From Antedon mediterranea (Eukaryota > Animalia > Echinodermata), in the NCBI RefSeq assembly GCF_964355755.1, contig NC_092676.1:10517888-10581887 (forward strand): 64,000 nucleotides of DNA, read 5' to 3'. Positions 13,466-26,135 of the stretch are shown in pieces. A program made the translations under genes and the position numbers. Each line of letters opens with the position of its first letter. The first letter of the stretch is position 1. The notes beneath the pieces were generated by a model. The model did not search any database. It was not told the origin of the DNA and was given only the letters and a program-made list of their open reading frames with translations.

Positions 13466-14209
13466 TTACTCGACTGCGCGCCTGCATTCTGATTTTAGGT
13501 GTCCTTGTTTGTTGCATTTAAAACATGTAGCGTTTTTGTATTTACACGTATCTCTTGTATGATTGTTCATACCACAGCGGTCACATTTCTGCGTTCGTGT
13601 TAGTTTCGACGCTTGATAAGTTTTCGTAGACTTCCTGCTGTTAGACGTAACGTGGTTGATTGGCTTGTCCACATCGTGCGACATACTTTTCATATTCGCT
13701 GTTGCTGCCTCCGAGGCTATGGCTATGTCTGTTGCTTCCTTGAACGTATGGTTCTTTGTCAATAATTTCTTTTGGATGCTCTGACTTATTAGTCCACATA
13801 CGAACTGATCACGCAGTGCGTTTTCCAATGCCTCTCCTTCAAAACCACAATGTATCGCCTTTTTCTTTAGATGGGATACAAATTGAGAAATAGTCTGTCC
13901 CGGTGTCTGTTTTACATTTCTGAATATAAATCGTTCAGAAATCGTTATTCGAGTAGGTTTGTAATGCTCTTTGAGCTTGGTTGTGGGCGTATCGTACGAT
14001 TTTGTACTTGGTTTATCAGGAAAACACAAATCTCGTATCGTTGTGTATCCAGTCTCTCCTAAACTACTCAATAATATCGCTCTTTTCTTACCTCCGTCAT
14101 TGATATCTAATGCCACAAAATATTGTTCCAGCCTGTCCACATACGTATCTATGTCTCCATCCTGGACGTTGAATTCCTCGAATAGAATTCTGGTATTAGC
14201 CGCTGCCAT
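13466..14209 (-). CDS. gag: Gypsy Gag
   Basis: 247 aa; YVDRLEQYF, LRDQFVCGL, two CCHC knuckles (CDRCGMNNHTRDTC, CFKCNKQGHLKSEC). Confidence 0.92.
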   Translation of the reverse strand: MAAANTRILFEEFNVQDGDIDTYVDRLEQYFVALDINDGGKKRAILLSSLGETGYTTIRDLCFPDKPSTKSYDTPTTKLKEHYKPTRITISERFIFRNVKQTPGQTISQFVSHLKKKAIHCGFEGEALENALRDQFVCGLISQSIQKKLLTKNHTFKEATDIAIASEAATANMKSMSHDVDKPINHVTSNSRKSTKTYQASKLTRTQKCDRCGMNNHTRDTCKYKNATCFKCNKQGHLKSECRRAVE

Positions 14210-15385
14210 TACCGCGCTTCGCTCTGTACGTTCAGGGCGCTCAGAATCGTTATTAGCCTGTGCGGTTCCTTGGTTACGGTTGCCGTTGTTTGAAAATCAA
14301 AAACTGCTAGCCTAGGCCTAGTTTTATAATATTATTATACTTCCGTTTCTCTCTATGTAAATGTGCCTGTATCCTCGTCGCCAGTGTCGTGTATCGTCGT
14401 AGACAAATTAATAAGTACGTTGAGATGAGTATAATAATGAACGTATTTAATGAAACCAACTAGTAGTTATGAACAATAGTATAGAACGTTTTGTAGGCTA
14501 ATCTCGTCCGACCATATGCGCAGTACGCATATATTATATGTGCGCGTGCATATACTACACTAGTGATAATATTATTTAATTGTGTATGCCATTGATGTTG
14601 TGTATTATACACATGTAATATCTTCGCATTTATTATGTTTCATTTTGAGTTATTAGTTTCTAATAAATTATCATTGTTAACCGATCGTCGACTACGTTAG
14701 CACGCATTCTGGTAGAATTCTGCTGCGCAATTTGACAATTTTACAAATTGTGCAGCGCAATTTGAAATTGCGCAAGGATTTTCTTGCGCAATTTGATATT
14801 GCGCAAGTTGATTGCGCAATTTGAAATTGCGCAATTTCAAATTGCGCAAGAATTCTTTGCGCAATTTCAAATTGCGCAAGGAATTTTTTGCGCAAATTGA
14901 AATCGTTCAAATCGCGCATAACATATGCATGTCTTATTGAATAAGATAAAGGTCTACCAGTAATAATAAGATCAATTTACTAGGTCTACCTAGCATGATT
15001 ACTTATAAAGGTAGGCCTGTTGCAGCATTTAAATGTACATTATGAAAATATGATATTATATGTAGGCCTACATTATCATAATGGCTTATAGGATAGGATA
15101 GGACACGCATGAATGTACTCAGCTGACACATCGTTTACTATTGCTGGTATGTGACACACGAATAAGCATAAATTCGTATAGGCCTACACATACTAGGCAT
15201 GGCACTTTATAACAATACTGTTATTCGGTAACCGATATTAGTATAAACAGTGATGATGGTAAGTTTATCAGACGACGAACATAATCTATACCCTGTGGCG
15301 ATCGAAAGTGGAATAGTCCATTTACTCAACAAAGTTTAGAAATTTGTTGGCCAGCAGGCAAAAAAACTGAACATAATCGCCAGCC

Positions 15386-15799
15386 ATGAAGTTTGATGAT
15401 GTACTAACCTATCTAGGAGATTTTGGGCTCTATCAAAAGCGTACATATTTATTAGTTTGTTTGATAACAATACCATGTGCCTGGCATCAACTTCTACAGG
15501 TTTTTCTGGCAGCAGAAACGGACCACTGGTGTTCTGTAAGCGATTTTAAGGGTATTAACTGCTCGACTTTATCTTGGGACCTCACCAGTGCAGAGTGTGA
15601 TGAAAGAAAGAAGAAATTTACGATACCACCTGCAGCTGATGATGATGATACCGATTATACACATAACTGCTACCGTTATTCCAATGCTACCGTTGAGTCT
15701 TTCTTGTCTGGAGACGTCTCGACCTCCGATTGGCCACTTGAAGCTTGTGAAAGTTGGGATTATGACACTTCGCAATACAAGACCACCATTATCCATGAA
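15386..15799 (+). CDS. SLC22 paralogue 1 exon 1 (TM1 plus large extracellular loop)
   Basis: GCCATGA start; ends TTIIHE|GTAAGT. Confidence 0.95.
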
Positions 15800-18700
15800 G
15801 TAAGTTTTATTTTAGGCTTATTTGATTGAATATAAGTGTAATTGAATGAACAATAAGAACATTACATAGCTATCATAATCTTTAAAAAATATTAACAATA
15901 ATATTGCTATATGCCACCTGGTAGAATTAAAGATGTATTGTCTCCCAAAAACATGAAAAATGAAGATTAATTAAATCAGAATTTGAATAGGTTATTTTTT
16001 AGTTTTAACAAAGTTAATCCTTTCCATAAAAAACGGGAAAAAATCATGTTTTCTCATATAAAATGACAAAATAAATGGTCAAATTCAACCAAAAACCCAT
16101 TGGCTGGCAAATTGACTTTTTTTTTTGCTTAAAATTACAGTTTTTCAGGTAAGTACATTTTTTTTTTCGATTCAATTTTTTTAAAAGTTGGTAACTATTA
16201 TGTCAAATTAAAATGGCATATTCAACAACAACAATTTAAAAAAAAGTATTTTTTCAGGGGACAATATAATCTTTAAATGAATGGGGAAAAGCCTATTAGA
16301 ATTATCATGGAGGAAGTAATAAAGTAAACTTTACTTATAAAACTTTTATGTGTAACTAAGTTTACACCTCACGAACATGAATACATGAGAATTCATATGA
16401 AATTGGTCCTGATCGATATTAATCAATTTACAATGGCTACTAGTTAAATCTTTTCATTTTTTCATAATTATTGTATTTGTAAATTTATGAGACTAGTTGT
16501 AGTTGTAAATTGACAAGAGACTAGTTTTGAATGTATTGCATAATAATTATTATTTTACTAATTGTGAAGGAAGATTGTAGATTAAAGTTTTGAAAAACTG
16601 GCTATGAAGATGAATTTTTTGAAAATCATCATCCTAAATTCTTATTAAGCATACTATTTAGTGCTATATAAGTAGACTTATATATCTCAATTATCCTCAC
16701 TAGGTACGTACAAAGAAAACAAACCTATTTACGTGTTTGGTATAAAGGTCTATACCTACTTCATTTACCGTATACTAACTACATGTCTATTATTTTGTGT
16801 AGTGGGACTTGGTTTGCAATGACAAAACAAAACCAGCCGTTTCACAGTCGGTCTACTTTGGCGGTGTTCTATTTGGGTCATTTTTCTTTGGTGTATTGGC
16901 TGATTGGTAAGTACCACCTCCGTTATCACCATCATCATCATCGTCACCACCATCAACATCTACATCAATAACAATCATCACTCACTACGCACAATATCAT
17001 TTCTGCGAGTACTCTCTTTGGTCAACCAGGGTTGTTGTTTGCAAATTTACTTTCATTTGATTCTATTATTTACAAAGTATATAGAATTAGAGTCGAGTGG
17101 CCGAACTGTTTAAGGAGCACAGCAAACCATATCCATAAATCGAAGGTCCAAGGATCTTCTCGACACCAAGTTTACTAAACTAGGTCATGTACACTGTAAA
17201 CAAGTTATGCACCTTCTTTCTTCTAGTTGTTTGTGGTTGTGTAGGATGAGTGCCTTACGTGAGATCGACATAAAAGTAGGCCTATTCCTAGGTGAAAAGA
17301 AGATGTCATTATAGGCCTATAACAATTATATATGTGAATTATGGCTCAACTCTTTTAAATATATTCAACACAATATTTTTCTTTTTAAACCTACACAATA
17401 AACGAGCCTGGATAAACACACGTCACACGTAGGCCTATTGAACGGCTTCATGTAAATATGTTTAACAATAATAATGCGAAATAAATTCTGATTATATAGT
17501 AACTATACCGTTTTATAGCACACACACACACACTGGATTGACCCTTTTGTTACCTCTTAAGCAAACGATGTAAAACTCGGACTCTAATGTGAATCGGAAA
17601 GTATATAACGATAATGATAACATTGATATTTTTTTTACCATACATATAAGTGTCGCCGGCGCTAAACACACTTGATAACATCAACATATGTTTTATAAAA
17701 AACGTGGCATTATCAAGGCCTACCCTCTCGGTAGCTGGTATTGCAAGGGATCCTAATGTATATGCCTTCTTAAATGTAATAACTTTATAATCATGCAAAG
17801 CGTTGCTATTTTAAAGTACTTATCCGGCCACCGGCAAAAATGACATATTCCGTCTGCCTCATCACTACGGTTGGCTATGTGTAGGTTGTGGCATCGATAT
17901 TTTGTTGTTATTGAATAGGGTCATTTTAATGTCACACACTTACTTTGAAAAATAATTGGATCGAAAAAATAATGATAAAACCGTAATATAAAGTATTTAT
18001 TTTCATCCATTAGGCATACATATAGGCCTACGTATTATGATTTTTATTGTGAAGGATAATGAATTAAGTCACTTATAATGGTTATCCTCTAGAAATTTGC
18101 CTATAAATATATTTTAAAAAGTAACAAAACAACAACAAATTATCGAATGTTAGTAACTCATGTAACATGACCTCATAACAGTATGTGTATTAAATTAAGT
18201 GTATTCAGGATTTCCGTTTTTAAGATATGATTAACAAGGCCATATACATGGCTGTAGTCGCGTGCTCAAGTTAGTGTATACCGACCGACCGACCGACCGA
18301 CATAGTGAGCTGTAGAGTCGCGTTGCACGCGACTAAAAACCAGATTATACAAACTGGTACACGTATCACGCGTCCCCATGGAAATGTTAAGCTTTATGAT
18401 GATGACGTTTTCGAGATAAAGATTCTGACAAAAAATGTTAAAAGTAGTTACGTATAAATATTAAGGCAATGTGATGGTAAATATCATACAAAATGCAAAA
18501 TACTATTAAATTAACAAATGTTATGTAGGCTTATTAGTTACGTTTGAACCAATTGAAGGAATCACGATCAAAAGCACTTGAATATCGGGAAATTGCTTGT
18601 TTCCGTTTTAATTGAATGTCATCAAATAATTTATAGTACCGTAATTAAATGTTATACTTTGCTTCAAATTTGGCACGTTTTTACAAAAAAACACAAAATG

Positions 18701-21700
18701 GCTTAACCATCTTCCAAGAATTTACAGTGCGGATGAAATTAGGAAGTTAGGCCTATATAAACTATCAGTACATTTTGTATAGGCCTACTCACACATCTAA
18801 AAATAGTGTTTGGAGAGAGTTATAGAAATTAGACAATTGATTGTGTCACAAATGAAGCGAATAGAAGCGAAAAGATATTGAGTTGTTTTGTTTCCCTTTT
18901 CTTGTTTAATGTTTCTATAGTGGATTGTACGTCACGGGTTCCTGCCCGTTGTCACATGGCCTTTTGCCACCAGGCCTTTAAGGAAAAAACACGGCAATTT
19001 CGGTCGCAAAGAAAAATGATATGTCAGTACAATAAATTAAACTAAAATGGAAATAAAGGTGAGTGAATCTCACATGTTAATTTAAAATTATTTAATATTA
19101 AAATACAATGTCACTCATATAATACAAATTATAATTATAATATTCAAATCGATTGGTAGATGCAATACTACTAGAAAATGAACTTCCATTTAAGTGGTTA
19201 AGAATCTTGAAAATCAGGAGTACTGCAAGAAACGGTATACACACACACATACATAGTAGTTTAATTGATTAAAAAAATTTTTATGATTTTACCAGTGAAA
19301 TGCTTACACAAATACATCCTTTTCAGGAACATTACAAACAGACTTTAATAATTAAGAGAGAATATCAAATATACTGTACTTTATTTGATTGTAATGTGAT
19401 GACCGGTTCAAATGGTTAGAATTTGGATTTTGGCCAAAAAGCACTTTTGGATTTCTACTACGACGTCAATGACATTTTCGTTTTTAGAATGCTGAAAGTT
19501 AACAAAAATGAATATGCTATCCGAATGTGAGTATACTAAATGCCAAATAAAACAATATAAATATGCTCTTGTTGATAAACTTAAATATAAAAAAAGAGAT
19601 ATTCACTCACAAGTGTTTATTATTCTAGGATTGGTCGAAAGCCGACGTTAATCATATCAATAGTAATTCAATGTACCTTTGGACTCGCAGCAGCATTTTC
19701 CCCTTCTTTGACTGTTTTTATCTGCCTCCGTTTCGTAGTAGCTGCTGCCAACTATGGAGTCTTCTTGATAGCATTTATAATAGGTAAGTCTTGACCTGGC
19801 GGTTTAGGAGTAGGCCTATATTTGGTCAAGTCATTATTAATGGTTAGGAATACTATACTTACTTAATAATGCACTAGTTCGAGTGTTGATATTACTTTCA
19901 TGGTATTACAAACATACAGCCATGTGTTTTTAATATTGTAATTTGGCCTATCATTCTATTATTTTGGCAGTATAGGCCTAACTAAATTTCTCTATTGCAA
20001 CGCTTGAATTCATACATTTTGATAATCGGAACACGAGGAAAGACTGTTAACCTAAGAATGTTTCGAAACAAAAAAATGTTAAAATAATACTGTCAATCAA
20101 ATATAGCCATCGAGGAACACGTTGCCAACGTATTAACTGTTATATTTAAATTATGGCTTATTTTAACTGTTTGTACAATGTATACTAAATTACGATTTTT
20201 CGGTTTTTCTGAAGGGACGGAATTGGTAGGTCCTTCGAGGAGGACGTTTGCTGGAATTGCGATAGAGTTTTTCTGGGCTTTTGGATACATGTTTCTAGCT
20301 GCGATTGCCTATTTTATACGAAAATGGAAAACGTTGGCTCTCGTTATATCACTGCCAGGCTTCTTATCCATTGCACTTTATCCGTAAGTGTTTTAAATTG
20401 AATACAGGATGTTCTCTAATTAAACATCCATTTGACAAATTTAAAACATAATATGCGCATGATTTTGTTTGTCTCTTCTCCAGCTTTATGGTAATAAATG
20501 TATCTAAGACTGACGACCGGACAGTGTATTAATGTAAACAAAAATGTGATTTCATATTCAATTGTCTTTTATTTCCACGTAGACCTATATACATGCAAAA
20601 GGAGAATATTGTTTTAAAAGATCTGTGCTATCCATAGCAACGATCTTATATTTTTATAATATTTTATCTATATTACATGTTATAATCTTTTCAGCATGTT
20701 TAAAACAAAAATTTAAAATAAATTGGGAAACTTTTACATTTTGCATATTATCATAAAAAATATATGTTTTACCACGAAAGAGCGAGAGATAGAGATAGGC
20801 GGCAAAAGGAGACAATTTAAAAATAAATCGCGTAACTATATACTATTTTAAACGGCGACGTATTACAATGAGTGAAACAGGCTCATAAAAGACAAACATA
20901 ATAAAAATAACAATAACAACAGAGTTAATTAATTGCTCTGTTAATGATAATACTTGTATTATTGCTAATATTTTTACAGTGTTATTCCTGAGTCTGTTAG
21001 ATGGCTTCTAAGTCAAAAGAAGGTTGAAGAGGCAGCAGAAATTATCAATAAAGCTGCAAAAGTTAATAAAGTTAAACTTCCAGATGGGATATTTGATGAA
21101 AAGAATTTTGGAAAGGTCAATTAACATTTTCTTGTTCTTTATATTTAATTTTTATGGCAAAAAAAAGCAATCAGGCCTGCAATTATCGTTGGTCATCTTT
21201 CATTGTTTGTAGACAGATCTTAAGTTGACTTTTAAGACTGTGTAAGTAAGGGTGACTTACAGTTACGGGAAATGACGAGGACGAAACATGTCTGTGGCAT
21301 ATCTAACAACAATTGAATTTGAAAATACCTCGTAAATTATACAATATCTTTTCTTTTCTAAACTTCTTTGTATGTATTTCTCAATTTATCTTGTCGGTTT
21401 GTAGTATTAAGTGTGAACTGTGTGTAAGCCTCTTGACATCAACCTCCGTAAATCCAGTGTATTGTTGTTCTCGATCTGGAAAAGCAAATTATCTAATAAT
21501 TTTTATTGTTACTAATTACAGGAGCCAACTAGCGAATCTCCAAAGCGAGCGACTGCAATTGATCTGTTTAGAACCCCAAAAATGCGATTAAAAACGATTA
21601 ATCTCTTATTTAACTGGTAAGTGTTTTATCACTTGTTATTTGTGAAAAACGAACAGAAATAAATAAAAATATATATGATTCAGCTGTTTAAGAATAGTAA

Positions 21701-24700
21701 TTTACAGTTTATACTTGCCCCAAGTCTGTAGTATCTGTTTTATATTATATATTAGTCAACTAGTCGATATGTTGATTTGTGTCTAAAAATTAACTCATTT
21801 ACTTATTTTGTTCTTTTTAAAAGGTTCGTCAACAGCATGGTATACTATGGACTGTCTCTGAGTACCTCTAACCTCGGTGTTGATGATTACATTGCTTTTC
21901 TTTTGTCTGGTGCTATTGAAATCCCAGCATATGCTCTCAGCATATTTACTATTGACTACTGGGGTCGAAGATGGAACTTATGCGGTACTTTGGTACTCGG
22001 TGGAGTAGCTTGCCTCCTTACTATTCTAATGCGTAAGTTTAATATAGGCAGATAAATTAGAGAAAAATAGAGATAATTACATGACACACTAGCCTATAAA
22101 TAAATTAATTAAAGAACATCTAATCTATTATTAGGCACGTGAAAAGGATGAATTTATGATGTAGTTAATGCATAGCGTACCTGGATATATTTTAAAGACG
22201 CGTATTTAAAGATTGAAAGATTGACTGCTCTATTTAACGAAGTGGATTCATTATTATTCATTTGTTTTATAACACACCTACTGTTCCTAAACTTTTATTC
22301 AATTAATCCATAATAATCGCCCAAGGCTATGTCAGGAAGCTAGGCCATTCAAAAAGGCATTATGTCAACACGTGATGCGTAATTAAACAATAAAATTGTA
22401 AAAATACAAGCAGGTGTGGTAAATAGAGGATAAAAGATTATATTTATTTTTATTTATTTAATAAATTATTTATTCACGATAACATATCAGGTAAAGATGA
22501 AGCACCTGTTTTACACATGGTTCTGTTTTTAACAATAGGTTAAAAAAACACTTTCAATTTAAACACACACCTCATTACATTACACAACACTCAATACAAA
22601 ATACATAAAATATAATTATAAATAGAACTACCGTATATATTGAACGAAAAGTTATCAGAGAGTGAGGATATTTAGTGTGTGTTACATTAATATTATTATG
22701 ACTATGATTTAAGCAGACGTCCGACGGCCAAACATCATTTTAGTTCATTTTGCACATGTGCCAATATTGGGACATGTGTCCTCGGCACAGGTTTGATGGT
22801 CTCTAGGTCCAGGCGACGACCTCATCGATTGATCTGACCTAGGTTGGTCGTCGATATGATTGCAATAGTAGTGCTGCTAATGATAGTATGTTATGCCTAT
22901 AGAAATCTAATCAATTGCATTAATACACAATGTATGTTTTTTTTCAGCATTAGGTGCATGGCGCATCACGGTGGCTATGATTGGCAAATTCGGTATCACC
23001 GCATCTTTTGGAATTGTATACATCTACTCAGCAGAAATATACCCAACTCCTGTTAGGTGATACTTTACTTAATTACAAACAACATTTTCCATAGAATGTG
23101 ATATATATGAACACAACAGAAACTAATTAAAATGAATAATCTGAAAATGGTAGATATAACTTTACCTCAGCTCATGACTTACATTACATAATTATGTATA
23201 CAGAAATAAACTGTACTGACGAATGAAAATAAGAGAGGCTGCATTTCCAACTTTGACTTATAAGACACTATATCTACTATCGTTGAATTAATTCTACACA
23301 TCAGGCCACATGAAAAGACGCTGGCACTACAATATCAAGGCCTTCGCAACAACATTCTTGTGGCATACGATAGATCTCAAGGCACCTTGAGTATTTTCAA
23401 ATCATTTCCGATTATAGTTGCATCTTATATGATTGTACCACAATATATATTTACACAGTATTTTCTAAATAAAACACATATCACATCAGCAAAACACACG
23501 CTACATTTTCTGACCAATGACTGGTACTGATACCAATGTGTTAACATGATATGATATAGTTGGTATGCGTGGTTTAAAGAACATTGTGAGTAATGTAAAC
23601 AATATTTAACTGGCATTTTAAAGATATAACAAAACATCCCCGTTCATAATTCCATAACGTACAGTAATATAGGCCTCTAGAAATAAAATCTCGCAGTACT
23701 ATCGTTAAAATAGTTGTTACTCTAGAATATACAAAGACTATGAAATAGCAATAATAGTAATACGGCTTCACCACGTTGAAACACCGGTTCTCGTCATTTC
23801 ACCGAAGTTAAGCAACGTTCGGCCTGGTTAGAGCTTGGATGGGAGACCATCTGGGAATATGTATTTGGAGCTGTGCCTAATCGTTAGAATAGTTGTTTCT
23901 TTATGATAAGCCATTACCGATATGATAAGACCAGATCAAAGGTCAAACTGCCAGAAACTGCAGTAGCGACCATTTTTTTTACAAATTTTCTTATAGAGCA
24001 AATAGGAATGTATATATCGTGAACTATTTGACACCAAAATCAATACCCTACGACAAGCGGTTACAAAGTTATAGACTAATTAAAATGGCAACCATTTTGG
24101 ACGCCATCTTGGATTTCTCAGAGAGCACAAGGAGGATTTTTCAGGACTTTTAGTATGATGTTCCAATCATAGTTCTGGACCTTTCCTGAAAAAAAATAGC
24201 TTGTTACCAGAAATGTCCGAGTCTGCCCATATTTATGAACTAATGCTCTTGGACTATTAGGCATTTTAAATCAGCACTGCTGACTCTTATGGCAGCCCTG
24301 CATCTAGTATCTGCCTCAGACGTATTGGCCCATGTTTTTCCTCTGGTCAAGGTGGGCACTGGACGAGAGAAGCCCTTGATCAATGTTAGGACCGATCAAG
24401 GTGCTTTAAACAGTCCTGGCTTTGTTTGTATCAAACATGTTAGCGGTGGTAATTATCGCTGTTGGTTTCGATTGAATAAAATAAAATTAAAAAAATAATT
24501 AAGATTAAAAATGCCAATCTTTTATTTATGATTCCGATTACAGGAGTGCAGGTATAGGTATTTCGTCAGTCGCAGCGAGAATCGGTGGTATTCTTTCGCC
24601 GTTTGTCTTAGAATTTGAAAGCCTGTATGAGCATCTTCCTTTGATTATATTTGGTAGCCTATCTATTGCTGCTGGTTTGCTGGTGCTGTTTCTTCCTGAA

Positions 24701-25802
24701 ACCAATGGCAGACAGCTTCCTGAAACGATGGCAGACGGTGAACAATTTACAAGGTAATTTATTATTACGAAGGTACGTATATTATTGTTGCTGATGATTG
24801 TGATGAATCAAATTACTAATATGTATTTCCAAATACAATCATGATATTCCACAATTGATTATTTTGAAAACCCAGACATTTGAAAAAATGATGATTTAAC
24901 ATTTTAATGATAATGTAGCTGCAAGTGTTAATATTCGTTTTTTTCTGTTTGGGGGTTAGTATAAGATTTCGATCCCTTAACAGTTCTTATTATTGTATTA
25001 TTTATTCAGCTGTAAATTAATACATGTGAATGAATATGAATATAATGTAACTATACTGACGATTGTTATGATAGACAAATGCAAAATGGACTAAACCAGA
25101 TTAGATTTTTGTTTTATTACAATAACATAAATTAATGTTTGACGATGACAATATAGGAAAACGCAGTGTCAATATTAATGATGTTGATTACAATAGTGAG
25201 AATATAGAGGATGAGGATTTTTGGTAATGCGGGGAGAGTATTAAAGATGTATTGTCCCCCAAAAACATGAATATGTTATTTTGTAGTTTTAATAAAGTTA
25301 ATCACTTACGGTGAAAAAAAATGTAATGTTTTCACGGTATGAAATGACAAAAAAAATGTTAAATTTCACCAAAAACCATTGGCTGGCAGCCAATTTGACA
25401 ATTTTTTGCATCAAATTACATTTTTTCAGGTAATTATATTTTTTTCAATCCAATTTTTGGTCAAAGTGGATAATTATTATTTGACATTAAAATGGCATAT
25501 TTGACTAAAAAAATTACAAAAAATATCTTTTTCAGGGAGACAATACATCTTTAACAATTAGAAAGTTTATTATGGTTATAATCTATAGATTTTATGTTTT
25601 GTGGAATACTAAGTAAGTAAACAAAAACAACTTATGTTCTGAAGTTTGAAGTTGAATTTATCCTTAACTGTCTTCATAATGTTCTAATTTTTAAAGAACA
25701 AACAATGGAATGTTGAGTAACATGACTATGCCGTCAGATGTACAACTGGAAATCAAATCTGGAGAAGAGAACGAGGCATATAAAACAGAAGAAAAGGCGT
25801 AA
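15386..25802 (+). CDS. SLC22: SLC22-family organic cation/anion transporter (Orct-like), paralogue 1, complete, 10 exons, 568 aa
   Basis: join(15386-15799,16803-16906,19629-19783,20215-20383,20980-21115,21522-21616,21824-22032,22948-23056,24544-24753,25697-25802) = 1707 nt. All introns are GT-AG and phases are consistent. Motifs: [83 protein letters not shown]. The last exon is the least certain. Confidence 0.93.
15931..16272. mobile_element. Kolobok-like MITE
   Basis: TTAA-AGATGTATTGTC...GACAATATAATCT-TTAA; same family at 25245-25550, partial copies near 285-488 and 55110-55263. Confidence 0.75.
16803..16906 (+). CDS. SLC22 paralogue 1 exon 2
   Basis: ag|WDLVCNDK...GVLAD|gtaag, 104 nt. Confidence 0.93.
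18232..18340. mobile_element. Short Helentron/DINE-like element
   Basis: (ACCG)n microsatellite plus terminal stem AGTCGCGTTGCACGCGACT-AAAAA; second copy at 36222-36298. Confidence 0.55.
19629..19783 (+). CDS. SLC22 paralogue 1 exon 3
   Basis: IGRKPT...AFSPS...[11 protein letters not shown], 155 nt, GT-AG. Confidence 0.93.
20215..20383 (+). CDS. SLC22 paralogue 1 exon 4
   Basis: [10 protein letters not shown]...IRKWKTL...LYP|gtaag, 169 nt. Confidence 0.93.
20980..21115 (+). CDS. SLC22 paralogue 1 exon 5
   Basis: [14 protein letters not shown]...KAAKVNK. Confidence 0.9.
21522..21616 (+). CDS. SLC22 paralogue 1 exon 6
   Basis: [19 protein letters not shown]|gtaag. Confidence 0.9.
21824..22032 (+). 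CDS. SLC22 paralogue 1 exon 7
   Basis: [12 protein letters not shown]...IEIPAY...DYWGRR. Confidence 0.93.
22948..23056 (+). CDS. SLC22 paralogue 1 exon 8
   Basis: [12 protein letters not shown]...[11 protein letters not shown], 109 nt. Confidence 0.93.
23761..23875 (+). pseudogene. 5S rRNA-derived sequence (pseudogene or SINE3 head) in intron 8
   Basis: TACGGC..ACCACGTTGAAACACCGGTTCTCGTC..CACCGAAGTTAAGCAACGT..GGTTAG..CTTGGATGGGAGACC..CTGGGAATA; degenerate 3' end. Confidence 0.85.
23930..24256. mobile_element. Academ-like right-end fragment
   Basis: AAAGGTCAAA and GCCATCTTGG motifs; ends GGACTA. Confidence 0.45.
24258..24497 (+). mobile_element. Retroposon 3' tail with AATAAA-rich end; shorter copy at about 3438-3530
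   Basis: Shared TCAAAC..GTTAGCGGTGGTA.TTATCGCTGTTGGTTT.GATTGAATAAAATAAAA. Confidence 0.55.
24544..24753 (+). CDS. SLC22 paralogue 1 exon 9
   Basis: [10 protein letters not shown]...[19 protein letters not shown]. Confidence 0.93.
25245..25550. mobile_element. Kolobok-like MITE (second copy)
   Basis: TTAA TSD; TIR AGATGTATTGTC. Confidence 0.75.
25697..25802 (+). CDS. SLC22 paralogue 1 exon 10 (terminal)
   Basis: Phase-compatible AAG acceptor; reads TNNGML...[13 protein letters not shown]-stop; AT-rich putative 3' UTR follows. Confidence 0.65.
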
Positions 25803-26135
25803 ACAAAATTAAAAGATACATCATTTATTTGTTTTCACGATGGAAATTTTTAATATCAAATTATTACATTGAATTATATGTAATAATATGTAAAATTATA
25901 ATTTATCTTGATAAATAAGATAATTTCTGAATGAATACATTGTATGTAAAATAAAATGGTCTTCGTTATAAAAAATATATAATATTTTCTTTGGTGGGAT
26001 TTCTTTTAGATAAAATAAAACCTGATTAGTCTTTTGATTGATTTTGTAATTATAAAAATATGTACTATTTTTAGTTTTAATTTGTTTAGTTTCCTCGATT
26101 TATATTGACATTTTTTAATATATCGTCGTTATTTT

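Larger units (their letters stand above)
9801..14559 (-). mobile_element. Young full-length Ty3/Gypsy LTR retrotransposon (Mag/K02A2.6-like)
   Basis: 175-bp TG..CA LTRs at 9801-9975 and 14385-14559 with 2 mismatches. 5-bp TSD CTAGT. PBS TGGCGACGAGGAT (tRNA-Ser type) at 14371-14383 on minus. PPT AAGAAAGGAGGAG abuts the 3' LTR. Confidence 0.97.
9322..14923. mobile_element. Non-autonomous TIR element (Ginger-like MITE, about 840 bp) interrupted by the Gypsy
   Basis: TIR TGTTATGCGCGATTTGAACGATTT at both ends; 4-bp TSD TATG (9318-9321 and 14924-14927); subterminal TTGCGCAA arrays. TGT termini plus 4-bp TSD fit Ginger. Confidence 0.7.

Noticed and set aside
10262-14315. Plus-strand ORFs over the Gypsy
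   Set aside because: Antisense shadows of gag and pol.
14692-14919. LRNLKLR / AQFEIAQ repeat proteins
   Set aside because: Translations of MITE subterminal TTGCGCAA repeats; same for 9324-9545, 28227-28575 and 29073-29314.
16783-17113. His-rich ORF
   Set aside because: Off-frame reading of exon 2 running into an intronic (CAT/CAC)n microsatellite.
25157-25178. Alternative terminal exon for paralogue 1 (RKTQCQY-stop)
   Set aside because: Weak polypyrimidine tract and a very short tail; the 25697 exon gives a more typical acidic C-terminus. Not excluded without RNA data.
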